NCBI GenBank assembly: GCA_951406725.2
Contig: OX597821.1
Coordinates: 42,718,001-42,782,000, forward strand
Origin: Octopus vulgaris
Taxonomy: Eukaryota
Direction: 5' to 3'
DNA length: 64,000 bases
The notes below the pieces were generated by a model, which was not told the origin of the DNA, searched no databases, and saw nothing but the letters and a program-made list of their open reading frames with translations. Shown here piece by piece: positions 52,829 through 64,000 of the stretch. The number at the start of each line of letters is the position of its first letter. Within the stretch, counting starts at the first letter, position 1. The position numbers and the translations under genes were made by a program.

Positions 52829-53238
52829 GTCAGGCCAAGAAAGAAAGATCATATATATATATAGTTTGTTAGATTGGTAGAATTGTAAGGAAGTTTGACC
52901 AATAGCTTTGCAATATTTGTTTCAAAATCTCACCATTGCCTAGTTATGTGGTAGATTTAATCTGTTCACTCAGCTTAACACCTTGGGTACTTTTTGTAGA
53001 TCCCTCCCTACCTTTATTTTAAGCATTTAGGCCAGGTTTCTATATTGAGGATCCCTCCTTTCTATCAGTCTTGGAAGCCTTGAAAGGGGTTAGGGACATG
53101 GTTCTCCCTCCCAATGAGGAAATCAGTTGCATCGCCCCCAGTGCTTGACCAGTACTTGATTTATCAACCCTGAAAGGTGCTGATGCCACGTAAAAAAACA
53201 CTTATAAATATGTATATACATATATGTGTGTATACATA

Positions 53239-53291
<53 letters not shown>

Positions 53292-53318
53292 CCGCACCCC
53301 CTCCCCTATATATATATA

Positions 53319-54419
53319 CCTCCGCACCCCCTCCCCTATAAAACCCTACGCACGAGGCTTGACCGCCCTTATTATTGCTTTCCTCCTGGCTATAACACAC
53401 GAACTACGAACCGCAGGATGATGAATAATATCAGCTAAGTCATATTTAAGTTCACGACCTGTCCCTCTTTCATTGTTTTTGCAAGTATTATTATCACCAT
53501 CAAGCCTTATTATTGTGTCCCCATATATTATCGTTATCGTTGTCCTTCGTCTCAAATGCTAGCTGAAGCATATAAACTTTCGCTCACAAAAGCTTATTCA
53601 CACGACCGCAAAAAAACATCTCGTCTCAAATCTGGTCTTTCTGTCGCTTAATTCTCTAACCCATCTTTTCCCAACTTCCACTCATAGAAACTTATGCACA
53701 CGACCGCAAACCTTTCCATCTCAAATCTTGTCTTTCTTACTTTCGTCTAAATCTCGTCTTCTCCCAGTGCCCGGTGCCGTTTTTGCCCCTCTGTTATCAC
53801 CATGTCTCTCTCCCTCCCCTCTCTCTCTCTCTCTCTCTTTCTTTCTCTGCGGTGTCGTTTTCTCCCTCTGTTATCGCTGTCTCTCTCTCTCTCTCCCTCT
53901 CTCTCTATATATTTCACTTTCACTCGCTGCCACAGGCTTAGCCAATACGCTCTGCCTTCTACCCACACCTCTGCACCCCCTCCCCTATAAAACCCTACGC
54001 ACGAGGCTTGACCACCCTTATTATTGCTTTCCTCCTGGCTATAACACACGAACTACGAACCGCAGGATGATGAATAATATCAGCTAAGTCATATTTAAGT
54101 TCACGACCTGTCCCTCTTTCATTGTTTTTGCAAGTATTATTATCACCATCAAGCCTTATTATTGTGTCCCCATATATTATCGTTATCGTTGTCCTTCGTC
54201 TCAAATGCTAGCTGAAGCATATAAACTTTCACTCACAAAAACTTATTCACACGACCGCAAAAAAAACATCTCGTCTCAAATCTGGTCTTTCTGTCGCTTA
54301 ATTCTCTAACCCATCTTTTCCCAACTTCCACTCATAGAAACTTATGCACACGACCGCAAACCTTTCCATCTCAAATCTTGCCTTTCTTACTGCGTCTAAA
54401 TATCGTCTTCTCCCAGTGC
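53319..54419 (+). repeat. Direct duplication in the RTE 5' leader (about 450 bp, period 649 bp)
   Basis: 53319-53770 and 53968-54419 are near-identical; the ORF track shows twin ORFs at 53346 and 53995. Confidence 0.92.
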
Positions 54420-54605
54420 GCAGTGCGCCCGCCCTCCCACCAGTACCGGAAGTCCTTATCTCACCTTGCTCTCTTTTGCTTTTCTTCCATGAACACCTAA
54501 AGGCCTTAAACCAATACCACCCCTTCTATATATGGTGGTGACCATACGGCGCAAAAACATGTTAGTGCAGTGTAACAGGTTGAACTTAAGTTCATTGCTT
54601 TGCTT

Positions 54606-57600
54606 ATGAATTCTGCCAAATGCGAGTTTTCTTCTTCTTTTCAGGTACATGACGGCACTGCTCCCCGTCCCTGGTCCTCTCGGGTCAATACCTTCCACCC
54701 CCTCAGGGTGGGCACCCTCAACGCTGGCACACTGAAAGGTAGGTCTGGCGAGATAGTCGAGATGCTTGAACGGAGACGTGTTGATGTATGTTGTATGCAA
54801 GAAATAAGGTGGAGAGGAGGATCTGCTAGGTTCCTCACGGGCAAGGAACACAGGTACAAGATTTTCTGGGCAGGGAACACTGACGGGGTTGGTGGCGTGG
54901 GTATACTTATCGCTGAGAAATGGATAGATAGAGTAATTGAGGTAATCAGAGTAAGTGACAGAATACTTAAGATTAGAATAGTGCTTCATAATAGATTAGC
55001 AACCATTATATCGGCCTATGCCCCTCAGCCAGGGCTACCCGATGGACAGAAAGACAGTTTCTATGACACCCTACTGCAGACCACCTCATTGACGAACGAC
55101 AGGGACCTTCTCTTTGTGGCTGGTGATTTCAATGGGCATGTTGGACAACATGCTGGGGGCTTCCATGGCGTGCATGGAGGCTACGGTTATGGTTCCCGCA
55201 ACGAGGAGGGAACCAGGCTGCTTGAGTTCTGCGATGCGAATAGTCTTATGATCTGCAACACTAACTTCAGGAAACCAACAAGCCACCTGGTCACCTACCG
55301 ATCGGGCCGGCATACTAGCCAAATCGACTACATCCTTGCCAGAAAAAGGGAAAGATGGCTGCTTATAAATGCCAAAACCTTCCCAGGCGAAGAATGCACC
55401 CCACAACATAGACTGGTAGTTAGTGACTTTAGGATCAGGACTAAGAGGGCGACTAGAAGACGACCAACATGGAGAAGAAGGGTCTGGAAGCTTAAAGACC
55501 CTGCGAATGGACAGAGATTTAGAGATATGTTACTTGAAGCCTTTGACGAAGTGGAAGGGGGTATAGCTACACATGGGGTAGAAGACAACTGGACGTTTCT
55601 GAGGGACAACCTGCTGAAAGCCGCTGACCAGATCTGTGGCTGGTGCAAAGTCCCCTTAAGACCCAAAATAACGTGGTGGTGGAACAATATTGTTGACAGG
55701 GCTATTAGACAAAAGAAACAGGCTTGGAAGGCCTGGAAGAACGGTGGTAGCAGGGAAGTGTATCAGACTGCCAGAAGGGAAGCTAGGAGACAGGTCTATC
55801 TAGCCAGAGGGGAAGCAGATAAAAGAAAGTTTGCCAATGTCCTGCGCCGTGAGGATGAAAGACTTGAGGTATTTCGTGTTGCAAGACAGTGTGTGAGAGA
55901 GAATCGTGATGTGGTAGGAGAGAAATGTGTTCGCATGGAGGATGGTTCACTTGCGCTAAATGAGGATGCAAAGAGAGAAGCTTGGAGACGCCACTATGAA
56001 AGGTTGCTGAATGAGGAAAATGAATGGGATAAAGAGAGTCTGCCGAATGTTGACCCAACAGAGGGACCAGCTATCCGAGTTGATAGTTCCGTGGTAGCTA
56101 AGGCAATTAGAAGCATGAAGACAGGGAAAGCCCCAGGCCCATCAGGAATTACTGCAGAGATGCTCAAAATATCTGGTAGTGTCGGCTATAGCATAGTCAC
56201 CCGTATAGTTAACCAGGTGATACACGAAGGAGTCATACCCAATGACTGGTGTAGCAGCATAATAGTCAACTGCTACAAAGGTAAAGGAGATGCCCTAGAT
56301 ACAAATAACTACAGGGGCATCAAGCTGTTGGATCAGGTAATGAAGGTTACGGAGAGGGTTATAGCCCAGTTAATTAGAGAGAGAGTTAGCTTAGATGATA
56401 TGCAGTTTGGGTTCGTGCCAGGGAAAAGTACTACTGATGCTATATTCCTGGTAAGACAGCTGCAGGAGAAATACCTAGCCAAAGGTAAGCCCTTGTACCT
56501 GGCTTTTGTTGACTTAGAGAAAGCCTTTGACAGGGTCCCCCGATCCCTTATCTGGTGGTCAATGAGGAAACTAGGGATAGATGAATGGTTAGTGAGAGCT
56601 GTGCGAGCCATGTACAGAGACGCAGCTAGTAAGGTGAGGGTTGGCAACGAGTACAGTGAAGAATTCCGGGTAGAGGTTGGGGTCCACCAAGGTTCAGTCC
56701 TCAGCCCCCTCCTATTTATCATAGTCCTCCAGGCAATAACGGAAGAATTTAAGACAGGATGCCCCTGGGAGCTCCTATATGCTGATGACCTTGCTCTAAT
56801 TGCTGAGTCACTATCAGAACTGGAGGAGAAGTTTCAGGTGTGGAAACAAGGATTAGAGTCGAAGGGCCTTAGAATCAACCTAGCCAAAACCAAAGTCCTA
56901 ATAAGTAGGAAGGTGGACCAACCACAAACGACTTCAGGTAGATGGCCCTGCTCGATCTGTAGAAAAGGTGTAGGTAGAAACTCTATAAGGTGCACCAAGT
57001 GTAAGCTATGGACACATAAGAGGTGCAGCAATGTCAAAGGTAGGCTAACTGGGAAGATAGTTTTCGTATGTGGCAGATGCTCAGGAGAAATAAACACTGG
57101 AAATGTGCAGAGACCAACTTCTACCACGTTCCAGGGAGACAAACTAGAAGTAGTTGATAGCTTCCGCTACCTTGGAGACCAAGTTAGTAGCGGGGGTGGG
57201 TGTGCTGAAAGTGTAACTGCTAGAGTAAGAATAGCCTGGGCAAAGTTTAGGGAGCTCTTACCCCTGCTGGTGACAAAAGGCCTCTCGCTCAGAGTAAAAG
57301 GCAGACTTTATGATGCATGTGTACGTACAGCCATGCTACATGGTAGTGAAACATGGGCCGTGACTGCTGAGGATATGCGTAAGCTCGCAAGAAATGAAGC
57401 CAGTATGCTCCGATGGATGTGTAATGTCAGTGTTCATAATCGTCAGAGTGTAAGTACCTTGAGAGAAAAGTTGAACCTAAGAAGCGTCAGTTGTGGTGTG
57501 CAAGAGAGACGGCTGCGCTGGTATGGTCATATGACGAGAATGGCTGAAGATAGTTGTGTGCAAAAGTGCTACACCCTAGCAGTTGAGGGAACCTGTGGAA

Positions 57601-57818
57601 GAGGTAGACCCAGGAAAACCTGGGACGAAGTGGTGAAGCACGACCTACGAACTTTAGGTCTCACCAAGGAAATGACTAGAGACCGAGACCTAACCCGTGG
57701 CATAACCCGTGGCCCCTACCTAGGACGTAGTCAGTCCACCTGTGCATACCTTCCTTCTTGTGACACTTGTGAAGACCTGTTGAGGCAAGTGAAAATCAAA
57801 CAAAATCAAAATAGATGA
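54606..57818 (+). CDS. RTE ORF: APE endonuclease + reverse transcriptase with embedded PHD finger (about 1,070 aa)
   Basis: APE motifs GTLN, QE, SAYAP, GDFNGH, QIDYIL, QHRLV; RT motifs NYRGIKL, QFGF, FVDLEKAFDRV, GVHQGSVLSPLLF, YADD, FRYLG; RTE C-terminal RLRWYGH and GRPRKTW. No internal stops. First ATG at 54606 (the ORF track starts at TTG 54600). Confidence 0.95.
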   Translation: MNSAKCEFSSSFQVHDGTAPRPWSSRVNTFHPLRVGTLNAGTLKGRSGEIVEMLERRRVDVCCMQEIRWRGGSARFLTGKEHRYKIFWAGNTDGVGGVGILIAEKWIDRVIEVIRVSDRILKIRIVLHNRLATIISAYAPQPGLPDGQKDSFYDTLLQTTSLTNDRDLLFVAGDFNGHVGQHAGGFHGVHGGYGYGSRNEEGTRLLEFCDANSLMICNTNFRKPTSHLVTYRSGRHTSQIDYILARKRERWLLINAKTFPGEECTPQHRLVVSDFRIRTKRATRRRPTWRRRVWKLKDPANGQRFRDMLLEAFDEVEGGIATHGVEDNWTFLRDNLLKAADQICGWCKVPLRPKITWWWNNIVDRAIRQKKQAWKAWKNGGSREVYQTARREARRQVYLARGEADKRKFANVLRREDERLEVFRVARQCVRENRDVVGEKCVRMEDGSLALNEDAKREAWRRHYERLLNEENEWDKESLPNVDPTEGPAIRVDSSVVAKAIRSMKTGKAPGPSGITAEMLKISGSVGYSIVTRIVNQVIHEGVIPNDWCSSIIVNCYKGKGDALDTNNYRGIKLLDQVMKVTERVIAQLIRERVSLDDMQFGFVPGKSTTDAIFLVRQLQEKYLAKGKPLYLAFVDLEKAFDRVPRSLIWWSMRKLGIDEWLVRAVRAMYRDAASKVRVGNEYSEEFRVEVGVHQGSVLSPLLFIIVLQAITEEFKTGCPWELLYADDLALIAESLSELEEKFQVWKQGLESKGLRINLAKTKVLISRKVDQPQTTSGRWPCSICRKGVGRNSIRCTKCKLWTHKRCSNVKGRLTGKIVFVCGRCSGEINTGNVQRPTSTTFQGDKLEVVDSFRYLGDQVSSGGGCAESVTARVRIAWAKFRELLPLLVTKGLSLRVKGRLYDACVRTAMLHGSETWAVTAEDMRKLARNEASMLRWMCNVSVHNRQSVSTLREKLNLRSVSCGVQERRLRWYGHMTRMAEDSCVQKCYTLAVEGTCGRGRPRKTWDEVVKHDLRTLGLTKEMTRDRDLTRGITRGPYLGRSQSTCAYLPSCDTCEDLLRQVKIKQNQNR

Positions 57819-57976
57819 ACATCAATGGAATTTGTATCTTTGTGGTACCAGTGCCAGTGGCACACAAGAATACCATCCGAACGTGGGCGTAGCCAGTACC
57901 GCACCGACTGGCCTCCATGCTGTGGGCACGTAACAATCACCATCCAATCATGGCCGATCGCCAGCCTAATATGGCT

Positions 57977-58444
57977 CCTGTGTCGGTGACACATAAAAAA
58001 ACACCATCCGAGCGTGGTCGTCTGCTAGCCTTGTCTGGCACCTGTGTCGGTGGCACATAAAAACACCATCCGAGCGTGGCCGTTCGCCAGCCTCGTCTGG
58101 CACCTGTGTCGGTGGCACATAAAAAAAACACCATCTGAGCGTGGTCGTCTGCCAGCCTTGTCTGGCACCTGTGTCGGTGGCACATAAAAACACCATCCGA
58201 GTGTGGCCGTTCGCCAGCCTCGTCTGGCACCTGTGTCGGTGGCACATAAAAACACCATCCAAGCGTGGCCGTTCGCCAGCCTCGTCTGGCACCTGTGTCG
58301 GTGGCACATAAAAAAACACCATCCGAGCGTGGTCGTCTGCCAGCCTTGTCTGGCACCTGTGTCGGTGGCACATAAAAACACCATCCGAGCGTGGCCGTTC
58401 GCCAGCCTCGTCTGGCACCTGTGTCGGTGGCACATAAAATCACC
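57977..58444 (+). repeat. Tandem array of 7 units of about 62-65 bp in the RTE 3' UTR
   Basis: Unit cacataaaaacaccatccgagcgtgg(tcgtct/ccgttc)gccagcct(t/c)gtctggcacctgtgtcggtgg, in two variants ordered A-B-A-B-B-A-B. Confidence 0.95.
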
Positions 58445-58608
58445 CACTACACTCTCGGAGTGGTTGGCGTTAGGAAGGGCATCCAGCTGTAGAAACACTG
58501 CCAGATCTGACTGGCCTGGTGCAGCCTTCAGGCTCCCCAGACACCAGTTGAACCGTCCAACCCATGCTAGCATGGAGAGCGGACGTTAAATGATGATGAT
58601 GATGATGA

Positions 58609-58700
58609 TATATATATATACGTATATACATATGTATATACACATATATATATATATATATATATATACGTATATACATATGTATATACATATATGTATG

Positions 58701-58732
<32 letters not shown>

Positions 58733-58931
58733 TGTATATATGTATATATATATGCATGTTTTATATATGTATATATGTATATATATGTATGTATATATGC
58801 ATATATATGTATGTATATATGCATATATATATGTATATATATGTATATATATGTGTATATATATATATGTATATGTATGTATATATATATGTATATGTAT
58901 GTATATATATATATGTATATATATGTGTATG
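58609..58931. repeat. Compound (TA)/(TATG) microsatellite between the RTE and CR1-like tails
   Basis: Direct inspection of the sequence. Confidence 0.95.
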
Positions 58932-58932
58932 T

Positions 58933-61415
58933 TTTTTCATTTCATCTAGTTTCAGCTCACGAGCTGTGGCCAATCTGGGGAACCGCCATTCGGTGTTGCT
59001 CCATGATTTTACTTCACGAATGCTTTTTAGCAATTGACATTTGGTGCATGAGAGAGTTTGATGCAGCTGCCCTCATCTGCACCTCCTGCTGTGAAGTTGG
59101 TTCATCCGGGACACCTGACAGGAAGAGGTCTGACTTTATTTTGAAGACATCTGCATCCACCCCATGCAGGTCTCTCAGGTCCTTCGGGAGGATATTGAAG
59201 AGTTGTGGACCTCTGAAGCCCAGGCTATTGCAGTATCTTGTCCGACATCTTGATGGCAAATTTGGAGTCCTTGGCACTATGCAGTGGCGTCCAGTTCTAG
59301 TATTTGTGTAACTCTCGATGCCAAAGTTTGGGACAAGTCCTTCCAGATGTATATTATGGCATATCTTTCTCGCCTACGCTCTAAGGAATAGAGTCTTAAT
59401 CTCTTCAGTCTTTCCCAATAGCTTATATGCTGCATAGAGGCTATCTTCTTCATGTAGCTTCGTTGGATTGCCTCAAGTTCTGAGATTAATTTGACACTGG
59501 TTGGTGACCATAGCTGAGAGCAATAGTCAAAGTGGCTTAGGACAAGTGTCCTCCAGAGGACCATCATGGTTTCCTGTTCTAAAAGCTCTAAGAATCCATC
59601 CGGTCAGCCGCCTACATTTCATTGCCAATTTAGCAACATGCACATGAAAGGTTGCATCATTACTCATGTAAATACCCAGGTCTCGCACTGATTGTGCCTC
59701 TGGGATTGCAATATCTCCAGGTCTAGTGTATTTATTGGATATTGCATTTAGTTTTGCATGCTGATAGCATAAAGCTTGAAACTTTTCAGCATTGAACTGC
59801 ATGCTATTCTTTTCAGCCCACTTGTATATTTCGTCCAGCTCACATTGCAGGTGCATAGTGTCTTCAGGGTTCTGTATTACCAGCGAAACTTTTGTATCAT
59901 CTGCATAACTTGTGATCGTGGCTCTCTGCGTGACTGAAGGCATGTCTGAGGGGGCCATTATGAACAGCAGTGGTCCCAAAACAGTACCTTGTGGAACATC
60001 ACTCACTATTTGCGTGTTATTGGAGGTGGCCCCATTGGCTACTACCACCCGACTTCTATCCTTCAGAAAGTCATGAAGCCATTCTCCCAATTTTCCAACT
60101 ATGCCAAGATCACGCAGTTTATGACATATCATTCCATGATCGACTTTATCAAAGACCTTTGCAAAGTCGAGATATATCACTTCCACACTGGAGTGGTTGA
60201 GCAGTTGTTTCAGCACCCAGTTATAGTGCTGTAGGAGCTGAGTTAGGCAGCTTCTTCCTGGTCGGAAACCATGTTGGGTGTCAGGCAGCAAGTCATTTTC
60301 TTCAAGGGAGGTGATTAGTTTCCTTCTGACTATTCATTCCATGACCTTGCTGATGTGTGAGGTCAGAGCGATAGGTTTGTAGTTCTTGGCCTCCGCTCTG
60401 CAACCTCCTTTATGAATAGGGCATATTTTACCCTCCTTCAGTTTTCTTGGAAGTTTGCCAGTTGCAAGGAAGCTCTGAAAGAGGAACTGCAGTGGTCTTG
60501 CTAGGACTCGCTTACATACTTTAAGAAGGATTGCTGGGAATCCATTGGGGCCAGTAGCTGAGTTTGGGTTCATTTCATCTATAGCCCTTATTACATTGTC
60601 TTCCTTTATATTGATGTAATCAATCATCATTGCCTCTGATTTTAATCTGCAGTGGTAAAGAAGTCAGTTGGATTGCTGACTTGAAAATGCCCTAGGGGTG
60701 GAGTGAAAATACTTTTGAATTGCTCATTTAGTATTTCACTTATCCTCATTGGATTTCCTGTGAGTGTACCATCTTTTTCAAGGAGTGGCCATATCCGACA
60801 GTGCACCGGAGCTGTTTCTTTGGCAAACTTGTAGAAAGCTCTGGGGTTAGATTTTATGTTGTCTATAGCCCAGGCTTCTTTGTCTGCTCTTTCTTTTTCA
60901 TGGGAGAGTTGCAGACATTTTTCAATTTCCAACAGTTTTATTTTCAGGCAGGACTTTTCACTGCTTTCAATTTGTTTGTTTAGGCGATTTGAAACTTTTG
61001 TAAGCCGTCTCATAAGAATTTTCTTCTCTCTGGGGATTTTGTTCTTGTGTACAGTGGCCTTTCCCACTGGGACACATTTGTAGCATATGGCTTGCATTAC
61101 AGACATGAATTGTTGAAGTTTCATGTCGATGTCTGGTGAGGAGAGACATTTAGGCCAGTTTTGTTTGAGGATCTCTTTCTCAATTTGTTTCCAGTTTGCC
61201 TTATGGAAGTTCAAGCTGGAAGGATTCTGAGTTTCTTGCAGGCTGCATGTCCATGCTTTCCTTTGACCCATACATGGTCAGCTCTACCATGTTGTGATCC
61301 GAGAGTAGCGTCGGTGTCACTTTCACATAATGGATGAGATCTATATTATTTGTGAAGCAGAGATCCAGTATGTGACCTGCCCTGGTTGGAGTACTATTTC
61401 CTCCATGTACAGTGT
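58933..61415 (-). mobile_element. Decayed CR1/L2-group LINE (end of APE + RT), 5'-truncated
   Basis: Successive frames give [86 protein letters not shown]; several frameshifts; short (ATGAA)n-like tail. Confidence 0.9.
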
Positions 61416-61421
61416 TGATGA

Positions 61422-62513
<1,092 letters not shown>

Positions 62514-62662
62514 TCTTTTTTTCTGTGTATATTTCTGTCGAAAAGCGTAGGCTCGAAGCGTAAAAGACTTTTTCTATTTCTATTCCTGAGCGCTATACTA
62601 ATACATTTGTTTGTTTCTAACTCCACCTGCCTTCGCCTTTTGATTATTTTCGTAAACTTTCC

Positions 62663-62707
<45 letters not shown>

Positions 62708-62721
62708 TACATATACGTATA

Positions 62722-63613
62722 CCGTGAAACTGACATGCTTCACGTTTGTGAAACATGGGCTGTTACTGCAGAGGACATGCATAGGCTTGAAAGAAATGAA
62801 GCTAGCATGATCCGCTGGATGTGTAATGTCAGTGTGCACACACGACAGAGGGAAAGCTCCCTGAGAGAAATGCTGGACATAAGAAGCATCGGATGTGGTG
62901 TGCAAGAGAGACGCTTGCGCTGGTATGGTCATGTCTTGGATGAGGAGAGACATGTGAAGAAATGCCTATCCCAAACAGTTGAAGGTATCCGGGGAAGACG
63001 TAGACCCAGCAAGACATGGAATGAGGTGGTCAGGGATGACCTTCGAACATTGGGCCTCACTGTAGCAATGACGAAAAACCGAGATATATGGAGATATGCT
63101 GTGACTGCAAAGACCCGACAAATAATGTGAGTTCATGGCTGTTTCCTGCACCAGTTTCGCATAGCCCCAGCCTATCCAAAGCACCTTGGATTGCAGAACG
63201 ATCTGCTGTGCTTACCTTGGATCATAGGGTGACCTGTTGTGCTTGAGGAGACCTATTGAGTCAAGTACATCAACATCAAATTAAATATCAAATGGAAATT
63301 GTAGTTGTAATACCAGTACCGGTGGCATGTAAAAAGCACCATCCGAACGTGGCCGATGCCAGCGCTGCCTTGACAGGCTTCTGCACTGGTGGCAAGTAAA
63401 AAGCACCAACCGATCATGGCCACTGCCAGCCTCCCCTGGCACATAGAAAGCACTCATTACACTCATGGAGTGGTTGGCATTAGGAAGGGCATCCAGCTGT
63501 AGAAACACTGCCAGATCAGACTGGAGCCTGGTGCAGCCTCCTGGCCCCACAGATCCCGGTCGAACCGTCCAACCCGTGCTAGCACTGAAAATGGACGTTA
63601 AACGATGATGATG
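62722..63613 (+). mobile_element. RTE 3' fragment with UTR and (TGA)n tail
   Basis: [32 protein letters not shown], two array units and the conserved terminal sequence. Confidence 0.88.
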
Positions 63614-64000
63614 ATATACATATATATATATATATACATAGCATGGAAAACGAGCGTTAAACGATGATATATACGCATATACATATACACACATATGGAT
63701 CTTTTCGCTTTGATTGGCAGATTTTAAAAAATAATTTCTTTGTAACTAAACACTTTTAAACTTCATATACTGGTAGAATGTGTTTATAAAACATCTTTTT
63801 CTCTTCGCTTTCTTGAGAAAATTCTGTAGTTTGTAAGCTATTTGTTATTTAATTTCATGCATTTTGGCATGTGTTTATTAATAAAAAGTTTAATAACGAT
63901 AATCTTTTATTCATAAAAACGTAACTGATATGAAATATGTCATAAATAACAGGGACATTTTCATATGACACCGCAAATAATTGTTGTTGACACACTACAA

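Larger units (their letters stand above)
53289..58608 (+). mobile_element. Full-length RTE-clade LINE
   Basis: About 1.3 kb of 5' leader, a single APE-RT ORF, a 3' UTR with a tandem array and a (TGA)n tail at 58591-58608; TA-rich microsatellites on both sides. The 5' boundary is approximate. Confidence 0.92.

Noticed and set aside
57977-58444. CRISPR-like array next to a reverse transcriptase
   Set aside because: Units are full tandem repeats with only two variants, no unique spacers and no cas genes; it is the 3' UTR of a eukaryotic LINE.

Overview
Eukaryotic, AT-rich, microsatellite- and transposon-dense animal DNA; the SINE and LINE families look like those of Octopus (inferred from recalled repeat families, not verified). 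One host gene dominates: a minus-strand multi-Tudor gene of the Tudor/TDRD6/TDRD15 piRNA-scaffold type. I reconstructed 11 GT-AG exons from 49284 to 8328 whose splice phases all join in frame: about 2,640 codons, ten extended Tudor domains and an acidic coding minisatellite. Its 5' end is uncertain. Introns and flanks hold a near-intact full-length RTE LINE (APE + RT, about 53.3-58.6 kb), several truncated RTE copies, a decayed CR1-like LINE, a complete but disrupted IR/DR Tc1 (DD34E) element, LTR-like sequences, tRNA-derived SINEs and TTAA-flanked MITEs. The most unusual features are in the RTE family: a C4HC3 PHD finger inside the RT region, a variable-copy hairpin array in the 3' UTR and a duplicated 5' UTR. 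All calls were made by eye, with no database searches or alignments run.
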